From NCBI GenBank assembly GCA_963582935.1, contig CAUZSH010000001.1, positions 9,880-73,879 on the forward strand: DNA of 64,000 nt, written 5' to 3'. Shown in pieces: positions 45,353 to 56,021 of the stretch (within the stretch, counting starts at the first letter, position 1; the number at the start of each line of letters is the position of its first letter). Both the position numbers and the translations under genes were made by a program. A model generated the notes under the pieces. That model had not been told where the DNA came from. It ran no database searches and saw only the letters and a program-made list of their open reading frames with translations. The DNA comes from Gammaproteobacteria bacterium. GTDB taxonomy: Bacteria; Pseudomonadota; Gammaproteobacteria; Francisellales; Francisellaceae.

Positions 45353-45643
45353 ATGAAAGCAAAAATATACGCTGTGATACTTAGCACCTCCTTCATCATC
45401 TCACCGAGTTTTGCTGACAATGGTTTAAGTAATGCAATCATTGCCGGAACCGTCAACTCTATGGTTGCTACCTCTTCTATGATGATCATGCAAAAAAATG
45501 GCATCCATTCACATATTGAGCTTACGCCTTACGGCGCTGTCGCCGTCACCGACAATAAAAATCACTCTCAAGCGCAATCTACCTACCAAGCACCAACACC
45601 CGAAGAGCGACAAGATCAAAAAATTGATTTTATGAATGATTAG
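45353..45643 (+). CDS. Small secreted hypothetical protein
   Basis: About 96 aa with a signal peptide (KAKIYAVILSTSFIISPSFA/DN). No recognisable motif. Confidence 0.5.
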   Translation: MKAKIYAVILSTSFIISPSFADNGLSNAIIAGTVNSMVATSSMMIMQKNGIHSHIELTPYGAVAVTDNKNHSQAQSTYQAPTPEERQDQKIDFMND

Positions 45644-45714
45644 CCGATTCATTCATATGGCGTATGTGATAACATTTATATCACTGTTCGCTCACATGAT
45701 AAATTGGAGTAATT

Positions 45715-47190
45715 TTGAGCTCAACAACCCGTGATAATTTCAAATCACCTTGGACATTCGTATTAGCCGCTATCGGTTCAGCCGCAGGACTCGGCAACTT
45801 ATGGCGATTCCCCTATCTAGCCTATGAACATGGCGGTGCTGCTTTTTTCCTCGCATACTTTATTTGCTTGGTCGGTATTGGTCTGCCTTTTTTAATCGCT
45901 GAAATCGGCATGGGTCAAATCACCCGCAAAGCCGCGCCACAATCTCTCGCCATTGCAGGAAAGTCTAGCCGTTTTAAATTAATCGGATGGCTTGCTGCTA
46001 TGATTTCATTTAGCATATTAACTTATTATGTTGTCATTACCTCTTGGACGGTTAATTTCGCGATCAATTCTATTAATCAACCTTGGCAGGGAGGTAGCGA
46101 AAATTATTTTTATCAAACTTTTCTGCATATCTCTAAAAGTGTCTCTCAAGTAGGCCACCTAAATACCCCAATAGTCTTAGGCGTGCTTGCCACCCTCTTG
46201 CTGCTTTATCTTGCCATCCATCGAGGCAGCTCTGGCATTGCGGTCGTTGCCAAATGGATTACACCCATTCCTTTTATCCTACTGTTTATCCTACTTGCAA
46301 ACTCACTACAATTATCTGGGGCAGAGATCGGGCTTAAAAAACTACTCATTCCTCAATGGGACTATTTATATTCTCTTGATTTATGGTTTGATGCGGCAAG
46401 CCAAGTGCTATTTTCCCTATCCCTTGCCTTTGGAGTCATGTTCGCTTACGGTGCAATCCTAGATAAAAAAGTCAATATCAAGAAAATGGCAACCATCATT
46501 ATTTTTGGCGATACTTTAGCGGCAATGCTCGGTGGACTGATCGTCTTTTCAGTGCTTGGACATATGTCATTCGTTCAACACCTACCCATTGATGAGGTGG
46601 TAACGGGCGGTATTGGATTAGCTTTTGTGGTGATTCCAAAAGCATTATCCTTTTTACCTTACGGTAGTACGACTTTTTCAGTCATATTTTATGTCGCACT
46701 TTTCTTACTTGCCTTTACCTCGATTGTTTCACTTTTTGAGGCCGTACTTGCAGCTATCATGGACAGTACTGCTAAGCTAAAACGTTCGGCTATCTTATCA
46801 ATTCTTGTGCTAGCTGTTTTTGGCTTAAGCTTGCTATACAGCGCAGACAATGGGTTATATATCCTCGATATTGTGGATCATTTTGTCAGTGGTTATGGCA
46901 TACTGGTCGTAAGCATTTTAGAGTGCATTATCATCGGTTGGATATATGATGCGGAAAGATTACGCTATCAGCTTAAAAAACAAAGTGGTCTGACCCTCAG
47001 CCCCATATTCAATATTCTCATCCGATTTATTATTCCTACCGTCTTGTTGGTGCTTCTTGTTAGACAGGTTATGTTTGATCTTGAAAAAACCTACGGTGGT
47101 TACCCTAGTCTATATCTAGGGCTATTTGGAATTGGGTCACTCCTCTTTATGCTATTCATCGGCTTTATCTTAAGCAAAATATTCAAATAA
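45715..47190 (+). CDS. Neurotransmitter:sodium symporter (NSS/SNF) family transporter
   Basis: 491 aa, about 11-12 TM segments. Signature AAGLGNLWRFPYLAYEHGGAAF. TTG start. Confidence 0.9.
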   Translation: MSSTTRDNFKSPWTFVLAAIGSAAGLGNLWRFPYLAYEHGGAAFFLAYFICLVGIGLPFLIAEIGMGQITRKAAPQSLAIAGKSSRFKLIGWLAAMISFSILTYYVVITSWTVNFAINSINQPWQGGSENYFYQTFLHISKSVSQVGHLNTPIVLGVLATLLLLYLAIHRGSSGIAVVAKWITPIPFILLFILLANSLQLSGAEIGLKKLLIPQWDYLYSLDLWFDAASQVLFSLSLAFGVMFAYGAILDKKVNIKKMATIIIFGDTLAAMLGGLIVFSVLGHMSFVQHLPIDEVVTGGIGLAFVVIPKALSFLPYGSTTFSVIFYVALFLLAFTSIVSLFEAVLAAIMDSTAKLKRSAILSILVLAVFGLSLLYSADNGLYILDIVDHFVSGYGILVVSILECIIIGWIYDAERLRYQLKKQSGLTLSPIFNILIRFIIPTVLLVLLVRQVMFDLEKTYGGYPSLYLGLFGIGSLLFMLFIGFILSKIFK

Positions 47191-47196
47191 AACACC

Positions 47197-47653
47197 TTAA
47201 CTCAGCTTCCAAACCACCGCAGACTTCCCCTGACACTTGTCGGTTACCCAAATAAGCTCTGTCTTATCTGTATCAGGATTTTTTTGATCATGTAGCCACA
47301 TTGTTGAGCTCCAATCTTGTTTACCATCGGCATTCTCAGTCCAAATACTTTCCTTTACAAAAATGGCATTGAAATCGCTATTACAAGCAAGGTTGTATTT
47401 ATCAAACTTTATATATACCATTTTCAGCACGGGTATAGCCTCCCTCCACCAATAATGCCATCGAAACAATATTCGGCATATAGGCAAAACAAAATTCTTG
47501 TGATACAGGGTTTTTAACATCTGTCCGCGGCTCAATATTATAGAATACCGACATTGAAGGACTATGCGGATCAAAGTTTTGATTGACGTATAAAATTGTA
47601 AAAGCAAAAACACTTGTCACGACTGCCATCAAACATAGAATTAGTCTTACCAT
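47197..47653 (-). pseudogene. Possible frameshifted gene for a small secreted protein
   Basis: An 83-aa ORF with a signal peptide (47402-47653) overlaps the plausible C-terminal half of a 138-aa ORF (47197-47613) in another frame. A 1-nt indel in the TATATAAAG run near 47405-47417 would join them into a protein of about 150 aa. Confidence 0.4.
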
Positions 47654-47775
47654 TGTTGAAATCTCTCCCTGAAAAAATTCAGGGTCAACTTTAACGCAAG
47701 ATCAACTGATAAAAAACCTTAATTTTTCATAGGGAATTTCACCCCTAAATATCCATAGGAAAATAATTAAATAGC

Positions 47776-48861
47776 TTACTTGAAATAAATATCTACGATA
47801 GTTTCAACGTCTTCAACTGAGACATCCGTTTTCAAAGTGGCATTACCCAGTCCTTTAAGCAAAATAAATTTCACCTGCCCTTGATCATTCTTTTTATCTC
47901 GACGCATAGCTTGCCAAAAAGGTGCTCTCGCCACATCCTTTGGGATTTCCATGGGCAAACCTACTTTTTCAATCAAATACTTTATACGCCCAACATCTTC
48001 CGCTGAAACCATCCCTAATGCCTTCGAAAGATCGCTTGCAATCAAGATTCCAACGGCAACAGCTTCACCGTGTTTTAAGCCTTGATACTTTTGAACGGCT
48101 TCGATCGCATGACCAAAAGTATGTCCGAGATTTAATAATGCGCGAACTCCTAAGGTTTCTTTTTCATCCTCAGCAACTACTTGCGCTTTCAGCTCACAAC
48201 TACGCTGAATGGCATAGCTTAATACATCTGAATCTCTCTGCATCAGCTTTTCTATATTCGCCTCTAGCCAGCAAAAGAAATCACGGTCAATAATACAGCC
48301 GTATTTGATGACTTCTGCCAAACCTGCTTTGTATTCATTATCAGGCAATGTGCTAAGCATTTTCATCTCAATTAGAACGGCTTGAGGCTGATAAAAAGCC
48401 CCGATCATATTTTTACCCAAGGGATGATTGATACCCGTTTTTCCGCCAACAGAAGAGTCCACACAAGCGAGCAATGAAGTCGGCACTTGAACAAGATCAA
48501 TCCCACGCTGATAAGTCGCCGCCACAAAGCCAGACATGTCACCAATCACACCACCACCCAATGCAATGATCGTACTATTTCGAGAAAAACTTTCTTCCAA
48601 TAGTTGTGAATATATTTTTGAAAGCGTTTCGCTATTTTTATGTCGCTCACCATCTGGCAAGATGCAAGTGGAACAAGTGAGTCCCGCCCTCAATAGCTTC
48701 TCCTGCCAATGAGATAAATATAAAGGTGCAATCACGTCATTGGTGACGATCATCACACGTTTATGACGAATTAAAGGCTGAATGTCATCCGCTATAATTT
48801 GATCGGAAATAAGAATAGGATACTGTGTATGACCTAGGTCAAGGACCACAGTTTTGGGCAT
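47776..48861 (-). CDS. aroB: 3-dehydroquinate synthase
   Basis: 361 aa. GGGVIGDMSGFVAATYQRGI, and LNLGHTFGHAIE. Confidence 0.96.
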   Translation of the reverse strand: MPKTVVLDLGHTQYPILISDQIIADDIQPLIRHKRVMIVTNDVIAPLYLSHWQEKLLRAGLTCSTCILPDGERHKNSETLSKIYSQLLEESFSRNSTIIALGGGVIGDMSGFVAATYQRGIDLVQVPTSLLACVDSSVGGKTGINHPLGKNMIGAFYQPQAVLIEMKMLSTLPDNEYKAGLAEVIKYGCIIDRDFFCWLEANIEKLMQRDSDVLSYAIQRSCELKAQVVAEDEKETLGVRALLNLGHTFGHAIEAVQKYQGLKHGEAVAVGILIASDLSKALGMVSAEDVGRIKYLIEKVGLPMEIPKDVARAPFWQAMRRDKKNDQGQVKFILLKGLGNATLKTDVSVEDVETIVDIYFK

Positions 48862-49382
48862 TATTGATCTTCCATCAATAATTTCACAATACGTTGCACA
48901 ACATTACGAACCGTCGTGTCACTCGTTTCAATCGTAAGATCAGCAATCTCGCGATATAATGGCTCTCTTTCAAGCATCATTTTTTCTAGCTGAGCTTTTT
49001 TATCTTTTACTTGAAGTAATGGGCGTTTCTTATCTTTAGCTGTGCGTTCTAGTTGCTGTTCAACTGAAGCTTGTAAATAAACCACTTTCCCTCGTGAAGA
49101 AAGCAATGTGCGATTTTCTGGTAGAATAATCGCGCCGCCGCCCGTAGCAAGTACGATACTCTGCTCGCCGACTAAAGCTTCAATGGCTTGCTTTTCTCTT
49201 TGACGAAAACCCTCTTCACCTTCAATATCAAATATCCAATCTATTGTGACGCCACACTTTGATTCTATTACGCGGTCAGAGTCGTAAAAATCAAGTTTTA
49301 GCTCCGTTGCAAGCTGACGTCCAATTGTACTTTTTCCTGCACCAACAGGACCTATCAAAAACACACTTTGAGATCTTACCAT
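48861..49382 (-). CDS. aroK: Shikimate kinase
   Basis: 173 aa. Walker [13 protein letters not shown] and GGGAI. Confidence 0.95.
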   Translation of the reverse strand: MVRSQSVFLIGPVGAGKSTIGRQLATELKLDFYDSDRVIESKCGVTIDWIFDIEGEEGFRQREKQAIEALVGEQSIVLATGGGAIILPENRTLLSSRGKVVYLQASVEQQLERTAKDKKRPLLQVKDKKAQLEKMMLEREPLYREIADLTIETSDTTVRNVVQRIVKLLMEDQ

Positions 49383-49502
49383 ATTAATAAATCTTTCTTC
49401 TTTTAATTTAGTTAATTTAAGTTGCCCTTACCGGCTCAGTTTCCAACCCTATTCCTAAGGTTCTGATAAAATACACAATATTATACTCAATCGCAACCCA
49501 AA

Positions 49503-51512
49503 TTAACTTTCATGTCGCTTAATTGTGGTTTTGATGATCGTTGGGGTGATAAAGATAAGCAATTCTCGATTAACAATCTTATTTTTAACACTTTTAAACA
49601 ACCAGCCTAAAAATGGAATATCTCCCAAAAGTGGCACTTTGGTTTGTTCTTTGGTTAAATCTTTCTCATATATCCCACCCAGCACAATTGTTTCACCATC
49701 AAACGTCATTAGTCTAGTTTGAATTTCACGGGTATCAATCGATTGCACACCGCCAGCGCCGGTTGATGAGACTTGATCTTTTTTCACCTGTATATCTAAG
49801 ATAATAGTATTATTTGGTGCAATTTGAGGGGTGACTTTCAACTCAAGCACCGCTTCTTTAAAGGTAACACTCGCTGCCCCGCTGGCGCTTGCTTCTAAGT
49901 AGGGAACTTCTTTACCTTGCTTAATAAACGCCTCTTGATTATCTGAAACCGTCAGGTGTGGACTAGAAATAAGCTTTGCATCCCCCTCGAACTCTAAGGC
50001 TCGTATTTCTAAGCTTAAATCGATATTCCCAAATAAACGTGAAATAGCAATACCAAGAGTGCTTGTTCCTGCCGCGCCTACTGAAGAAATGAATGCTCCA
50101 GGATGCGCACTCCCATAAGCCTTGCCAACAAAATCTTGCCCTGAGCTAATATTAAGGTCTTTTAATACCCATTTAACTCCAAACTCATCGAGAAACTCTT
50201 TATTAATCTCCACAATTCTTGCTTCGATTAACACTTGTTCTACTGGGACATCCAATTCTTTTAAGATTTCAATCGCTCTGCCAATCCCCTCTTCAGTGTC
50301 TCGTATCACCAAAGTATTGGTTCTTTGGTCTGCTTGGATAGAGCCTCTTGGCGTTAAAATAGGAAAGCCTCCGCCTGATGCTGACTGCAGTAACCCCATG
50401 GCCTCTCCCGCTGTGGAATAATTTAACGGATAAAAACGTGTATACAATGGCGCCAATTCTTCTGATGCTTGACGTGCGGATAACTCTGCCTTTTCATGCG
50501 CCACAATTTCAGAACCTGGTGCGATGTAAAGAATTGTGCCAATCTGACGTTTTCCTAGACTCTCAGATACCAATATAATTTCTAATGCTTGCTGCCACGG
50601 CACATCTTTTAGACCTAAGGTAATAGATCCACCCACAGAATCATTGACCACCATATTAATCCCTGCAAAATTCGCAATAATTTGCAGTGCCGCTCGTACG
50701 GTAATATCCTGTAAATTCAACGATATCTTTTTATTATTTTCAAAAACATTTCCATTAAGGCTTTGCTTCCGCACCGTGACTTTTAACGTATTACCATCTT
50801 TGACTTCTTCATAACTCATCAGTGAGTTACTTCTTAGCCTAAACTCGGCATAGGCAAACCCATTGACACCGGTAATTGAACTCAAAGGAGTTTCAAAAGA
50901 AGTAACATTCATTCTATGCGTCCACTTTTCAGCAATACTTGCCTTTTGAATTTTAATAATAACGTCATCGCCATCTTTTTTAGTGGTAACCAGTCCATGG
51001 TTTTTAGGTAACTGTATGGTCAAAACACCCGAACGATCTATCCCTTTTACAAAAGTAATCTCTTCTATCACATTATCCATTTGCTTTTGGGTCATGCCAT
51101 TTGTATCCATCGCACTATCATAAGCATTATTTAAAGCAAATTGCACCGTATGTTCATCTTGCCTTAAAAGTCTGATAGTTTCCTGTTGAGATAAATCAAT
51201 AATCATCCGGCTTTTTTGCTTACCTTTCATCATCGAAACACTTTCAATCAAGTTACTTTTAAGTTTATCTAAAGCGCCTTCTGGCACTTTCATTTTAACC
51301 GTTACCGGGAAATCAAACACCACCTGCTTACCTTCATTGGTCACGAAATATTTTGGTATGGTTGCCTGTTCATCAAAGCTAAAATCTAGCCCTACCGTCT
51401 TACCATTACTTTCCACTGACGTAACACCAATCAAGGCATTCGCATTGATACTATTAGACATCATCGCTAACAGTAGCGGGACACCATATTTTAAAACTCT
51501 GTGCGTCACCAT
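49503..51512 (-). CDS. pilQ: Type IV pilus secretin
   Basis: 669 aa. N-terminal AMIN-like region and a C-terminal secretin domain ending VPLLGDIPFLGWLFK. Confidence 0.93.
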   Translation of the reverse strand: MVTHRVLKYGVPLLLAMMSNSINANALIGVTSVESNGKTVGLDFSFDEQATIPKYFVTNEGKQVVFDFPVTVKMKVPEGALDKLKSNLIESVSMMKGKQKSRMIIDLSQQETIRLLRQDEHTVQFALNNAYDSAMDTNGMTQKQMDNVIEEITFVKGIDRSGVLTIQLPKNHGLVTTKKDGDDVIIKIQKASIAEKWTHRMNVTSFETPLSSITGVNGFAYAEFRLRSNSLMSYEEVKDGNTLKVTVRKQSLNGNVFENNKKISLNLQDITVRAALQIIANFAGINMVVNDSVGGSITLGLKDVPWQQALEIILVSESLGKRQIGTILYIAPGSEIVAHEKAELSARQASEELAPLYTRFYPLNYSTAGEAMGLLQSASGGGFPILTPRGSIQADQRTNTLVIRDTEEGIGRAIEILKELDVPVEQVLIEARIVEINKEFLDEFGVKWVLKDLNISSGQDFVGKAYGSAHPGAFISSVGAAGTSTLGIAISRLFGNIDLSLEIRALEFEGDAKLISSPHLTVSDNQEAFIKQGKEVPYLEASASGAASVTFKEAVLELKVTPQIAPNNTIILDIQVKKDQVSSTGAGGVQSIDTREIQTRLMTFDGETIVLGGIYEKDLTKEQTKVPLLGDIPFLGWLFKSVKNKIVNRELLIFITPTIIKTTIKRHES

Positions 51513-51513
51513 T

Positions 51514-52062
51514 TTATTGTTCCTCTTTGTCGAGAATCATTTCCACTTTTTTCTCTTCCCATAAACCAGATGGTCCTTTTATAATTTCGGTAATAAAAAC
51601 CGTATCCGCAGTGATCGCATCTATTTTCCCATTATCTTTACCGACAAAATCACCCGTCTTCACACTGTAAATATTGCGGTCGTCACCATTTTTAATCAAT
51701 GCCCAATTTTGTGTGCCCTGCTGGATAATCCCCACGAATTTCATCTGCCCAATGGCATATTCTTCCAGTGGCCCTTTTACTCTATTCTCATCTGGCAGTC
51801 TTTTTAGGTTGCTTTGCGCTGCTAACTGAGAATTTGTTGCCATTGGTTTTTGAAATGGATCACGTTCACTCGGATTTATAAATAAATAAGGTTGATAGCG
51901 CTTAATTTCAGGCAAGGGTTTGATCTTTTGCGCTTTTGTATTTTTCTTAAGTTCTTGCACATACTGCTGAAGATCACTTGTTCCTTTATTCGAGCAGGCC
52001 GACAACCCAAACAAAATAACCATCAATGAGAGAACCTTAATCCATCTAGCCACGATTAACAC
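51514..52062 (-). CDS. pilP: Type IV pilus assembly lipoprotein PilP
   Basis: 182 aa, lipobox LSAC, located between pilO and pilQ. Confidence 0.85.
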   Translation of the reverse strand: MLIVARWIKVLSLMVILFGLSACSNKGTSDLQQYVQELKKNTKAQKIKPLPEIKRYQPYLFINPSERDPFQKPMATNSQLAAQSNLKRLPDENRVKGPLEEYAIGQMKFVGIIQQGTQNWALIKNGDDRNIYSVKTGDFVGKDNGKIDAITADTVFITEIIKGPSGLWEEKKVEMILDKEEQ

Positions 52063-52693
52063 CTTTTCCTCTGACCCCTTTCTCTGAAGGTTTTCGTTGT
52101 TCGTCTTCGTTGAGGTATCGATATGTATTTGCCTTAATCGTCATATTTAAACCATCTTCTTGCTTTGCGCCCTCTTTCCCTGATGGGCGAATGGAAAAAT
52201 CATGAATCATGACAATCCGAGGGAGTGCCGAAATACCACTGATAAACTGACCGAGCTCATCATAGGTTCCCGATACTGAGATCTCGATGGGTAGCGTCGC
52301 ATAAAAACTTTCCACTTTTTCAGGCATAGGACGAATAAGCCGAAAGGTTAATCCTGCTCGCACACCCACACTGGTAATATCATCCACCAACTGAGGGACT
52401 TCTTTACTATTTGGAAGCTGTTGAATCATGGATTCGTAGATCCCTTTAAGCTCTTCAATTTGCGCTTGATATTGGGGCAAACTCACTGCTTGCTTCATCT
52501 TTAATGCGACGGATGTTTTAAGCTGGCTCTCTTTTTTCTGTATGGTAGAAAGATTATCTAAAGTATTCTTTGCATAAAACCAATATCCCGCAAAAGTACA
52601 GGCTGAAAATATAATCAAAGCACTCAATGACTTAATCCAAACTGGCCAGTCAGCGACATTCGATAAATTTATTTCATTGAGTTTCAGTGCCAT
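52046..52693 (-). CDS. pilO: Type IV pilus assembly protein PilO
   Basis: 215 aa. Single TM helix, coiled coil and ferredoxin-like C-terminus; operon position fits. Confidence 0.85.
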   Translation of the reverse strand: MALKLNEINLSNVADWPVWIKSLSALIIFSACTFAGYWFYAKNTLDNLSTIQKKESQLKTSVALKMKQAVSLPQYQAQIEELKGIYESMIQQLPNSKEVPQLVDDITSVGVRAGLTFRLIRPMPEKVESFYATLPIEISVSGTYDELGQFISGISALPRIVMIHDFSIRPSGKEGAKQEDGLNMTIKANTYRYLNEDEQRKPSEKGVRGKGVNRG

Positions 52694-52694
52694 G

Positions 52695-53276
52695 TCACCT
52701 CATCTTCTTTATCTGAATTTGATCATCTTCTTCAGATTCCTTCACATCAATTTCAAGCTTAAAGTCACTAAAGCGTTGCAACTGGGAATCTTGCGTTTTA
52801 ATCTCAACAAGTGTTGCTTTTTGGAGCCAATTTGCTTGATTGATCACCCGCATAAATCTTGACAACTCATTATTGGAATCACTTTTCCCAACAATGTTGA
52901 TAATATCTCCATGCTCCTGCAAATCGGTAATATAAATACCTTCTGGGATAATTCTCGCAAGCTCCGTAAAAATATGAACCACTAATGGGCGTTTCTGCTG
53001 TAGCTTCTCAATAACCCTTACTCTGTCCCAAATTGATTTTTGTTCTTTCTTTAATTTATTGATGTCCTCAACTTTTTTAGCGAGTAGTGAAATTTCTTTT
53101 TGAAGATAATTATTACGAGCCTTTTGCGCATCCAACCAACCATTAAAAACGTATTGCATACCCAAGACGGCAATACCCGAAAAAACCAATCCTGCTATCA
53201 GTGCCATGATAAAGTGCTTTTTTCGTCGTATTCGATCTGACTCACGCCAAGGAATCAGATTGATGCTAATAATCAT
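52695..53276 (-). CDS. pilN: Type IV pilus assembly protein PilN
   Basis: 193 aa. N-terminal INLIPWRE motif followed by one TM helix. Confidence 0.87.
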   Translation of the reverse strand: MIISINLIPWRESDRIRRKKHFIMALIAGLVFSGIAVLGMQYVFNGWLDAQKARNNYLQKEISLLAKKVEDINKLKKEQKSIWDRVRVIEKLQQKRPLVVHIFTELARIIPEGIYITDLQEHGDIINIVGKSDSNNELSRFMRVINQANWLQKATLVEIKTQDSQLQRFSDFKLEIDVKESEEDDQIQIKKMR

Positions 53277-54247
53277 CTTAACTCGTCACGTAAGGCTAAA
53301 CCTGTTGCAATCATATACCGAAATGGCTCATCCACTTGCTCACCTTTTTTAACCTTCATTCCATTAAAGGGGTCCACCGTCATCACGGTTTTATTCAGGT
53401 AAAGCGCTAATTCTTCATTCAAGTCATCCATGCCAGCTCTATCGCCATAGACCAGCACTGCTTCAATATCTTGACCGTCATTGTTGGCTGAAAATATTTG
53501 AAAGTTTCGCTTATACCACGACATGCTATCTTCAATATCACGCATTTCACTAATTTTTTCAGGAAAAGTTTGTTCTTCCGTGTAAGCGACCTCACCCTTA
53601 TTTAAAATCACCACTCGCGTCATACTCAAGGAAACTTCTATAAAGGCAACACACACTTGATCTGAATATTCAAAATCAGGATGCAAAAGTAGTAGCTCAC
53701 AAGCTCGAAGTAATGCAAATTGGTAAACGTCCACAATTTCAGGCGTTAATCCCGCACCAGAGATAATATCCATATAGTTATCAACAGGTTCTCGATGCGT
53801 TGCCACCAGCAAGACATCCTGCTTATTCTTTTTATTTTCAGTAGGACCCAAAATTTGAAAGTCCATTCTAACTTCATCCATACTGTATGGAATATGCTTA
53901 TCGGCATCAATTGAAAGTTGCTGTTCTACAGAATCTTCATCTAAGTTATCATCTAGAGGAATAACTTTCGTCATCACATTTGCAGGCAACACCGCTACGG
54001 CTACTTTCTTCGTTTTTATTTTGTGTAAGGTGATTAATTTTTTTAGTAGCTCACTTAAAGCGACCACATCATTTATTTTAATGCCCTCAATCGCGCCCTC
54101 TGGAACTGCCCCTCTTACGGATTTTTCAAGCACATAGGCATCGCCATCCGCTCGTAATAATACCAGCTTCATGTAATCATCAGTGATCTCCATCCCAAGT
54201 ACTTTTTTGGGTGCGGCGCTAATTTCAATCAGTTTTTTCTTGCCCAT
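53273..54247 (-). CDS. pilM: Type IV pilus assembly ATPase-fold protein PilM
   Basis: 324 aa with an actin-like fold. It is the first gene of the pilMNOPQ operon. Confidence 0.87.
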   Translation of the reverse strand: MGKKKLIEISAAPKKVLGMEITDDYMKLVLLRADGDAYVLEKSVRGAVPEGAIEGIKINDVVALSELLKKLITLHKIKTKKVAVAVLPANVMTKVIPLDDNLDEDSVEQQLSIDADKHIPYSMDEVRMDFQILGPTENKKNKQDVLLVATHREPVDNYMDIISGAGLTPEIVDVYQFALLRACELLLLHPDFEYSDQVCVAFIEVSLSMTRVVILNKGEVAYTEEQTFPEKISEMRDIEDSMSWYKRNFQIFSANNDGQDIEAVLVYGDRAGMDDLNEELALYLNKTVMTVDPFNGMKVKKGEQVDEPFRYMIATGLALRDELR

Positions 54248-54355
54248 TTATTACAATTACTACATTTGGTTACACTTACATTATAAAGCATAGTCAAGGA
54301 TAAAGTATTATGCCAAGTTTAGGGCGAAAGATATTATGGGAATTTTAGAAGAAAT

Positions 54356-55831
54356 TTAAGCATCATAAGTGGAAGAAGAAACACCACTGTTAGAACCAAT
54401 CCAATCCGTATGGAAAAATTGCCCCCTCGATTTATCTAAACGCTCATAAGTATGTGCGCCAAAATAGTCTCGTTGCGCCTGAAGAAGATTCGCAGGCAAT
54501 CGAGCCGTTAGCATTCCATCGAAGAAAGCCAGGGCTGAAGAAAGCGCAGGCACTGGCACACCAGCAGAAACTGCTGTTGCCATAACACGGCGCACACTCG
54601 GCAAAGCCTTTGTCAAAATATCTTTAAAAAATGGATCAAAAATCAAGTTTTCAAGATTTGGGTTATTTTCATAGGCCTTTTTAATATCATCCAAAAACAC
54701 ACTGCGAATAATACACCCTTCGCGCCACATTAAGGCAATATCACCATAATTCAACGTCCAGCTGTATTCTTTTGCGGCTTCCTGCATCAACATATAACCT
54801 TGCGCATAAGAAATCACTTTCGCAAACAATAAAGCTTGCTGAATATCCGATAATAGAGCTGTCTTATCAAGACCTTTTGGATTTGGATTTGGATTTTGAT
54901 TTTGATTTTGATTTTGGATACCATACAACTCAGCAGCTTTCACGCGTTCATCTTTTCGAGCGGAAAGACATCTTGCAAACACACTTTCTGCAATTAAGGT
55001 CAAAGGGATCCCTAAATCAAGCGCGGTAATACCTGTCCACTTTCCCGTTCCTTTCTGTCCTGCTGTATCTAAAATACGATCCACCACAAACCCTTCTTCA
55101 TCTTTGAATCCCAAGATATTTGCCGTAATTTCGATTAAATAACTTTCAAGCTCAGTTTTATTCCAAGCATTAAATATGTCCGCTTGAGCTTGATTATCCA
55201 TCCCAAGTAGATCACTCATCATTTGATACGCTTCACAGATCAGCTGCATATCACCGTATTCTATACCATTATGCACCATCTTCACAAAATGCCCTGCGCC
55301 GCCATCGCCAACCCATTCACAACAAGGCTCACCTAAAGGTGTTTTCGCTGAGATCGCTTGAAATATTGGCTTCACATATTGCCAAGCCTCAGGCATTCCG
55401 CCAGGCATGATAGAAGGTCCAAAACGCGCACCCTCTTCTCCCCCTGAAACCCCTGTGCCAATATAAAGAATACCCTGTTTATTTAACGCATCTACTCGGC
55501 GTTGTGTATCGGGGAAATTAGAGTTCCCACCATCAATAATAATATCACCTTGCTCCAAATGCGGTACGATTTGCGCAATAAAATGATCCACCACTTCACC
55601 CGCTTTCACCATTAACATTACTTTACGAGGCTTGCTTAATTTTGAAACCATCTCTTCAACAGAATAAGCACCAACAATATTCGTATCTTTTGCTCCACCC
55701 TGTAAGAAATCATCCACCTTTGAAGTAGTACGGTTATAAGCCACCACTTTGAACCCATGATCATTCATATTCAATATAAGGTTTTGACCCATAACGGCCA
55801 AGCCAACAACGGCAATATCTGCTTTTGACAT
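54356..55831 (-). CDS. gnd: 6-phosphogluconate dehydrogenase (decarboxylating)
   Basis: 491 aa. Rossmann motif GLAVMGQNL and HNGIEYGDMQLI. It contains a (QN)4(PN)2 low-complexity insert. Confidence 0.96.
   Translation of the reverse strand: MSKADIAVVGLAVMGQNLILNMNDHGFKVVAYNRTTSKVDDFLQGGAKDTNIVGAYSVEEMVSKLSKPRKVMLMVKAGEVVDHFIAQIVPHLEQGDIIIDGGNSNFPDTQRRVDALNKQGILYIGTGVSGGEEGARFGPSIMPGGMPEAWQYVKPIFQAISAKTPLGEPCCEWVGDGGAGHFVKMVHNGIEYGDMQLICEAYQMMSDLLGMDNQAQADIFNAWNKTELESYLIEITANILGFKDEEGFVVDRILDTAGQKGTGKWTGITALDLGIPLTLIAESVFARCLSARKDERVKAAELYGIQNQNQNQNPNPNPKGLDKTALLSDIQQALLFAKVISYAQGYMLMQEAAKEYSWTLNYGDIALMWREGCIIRSVFLDDIKKAYENNPNLENLIFDPFFKDILTKALPSVRRVMATAVSAGVPVPALSSALAFFDGMLTARLPANLLQAQRDYFGAHTYERLDKSRGQFFHTDWIGSNSGVSSSTYDA
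54878..54916. repeat. Hexanucleotide microsatellite inside gnd: (CAAAAT)4(CCAAAT)2 on the coding strand
   Basis: The plus strand reads tgg-(atttgg)x2-(attttg)x4. It encodes QNQNQNQNPNPNP. Confidence 0.95.
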
Positions 55832-56021
55832 TTAAAAAATCCCCTAAGATAATAATTCGTAACAATACTAAGGTAAATTCAGCGATAGTTCAAAGTCCAT
55901 CCCATCTTTTTCACCCGTCATATGATTTAAATTCAAAAAGTTAGCGTAAATTCATTGCCAGAATCATAAAAATAGGCTAAAACCCAGCACTAGTAGTCAT
56001 ATTTTTATAACGAGTTACAGT

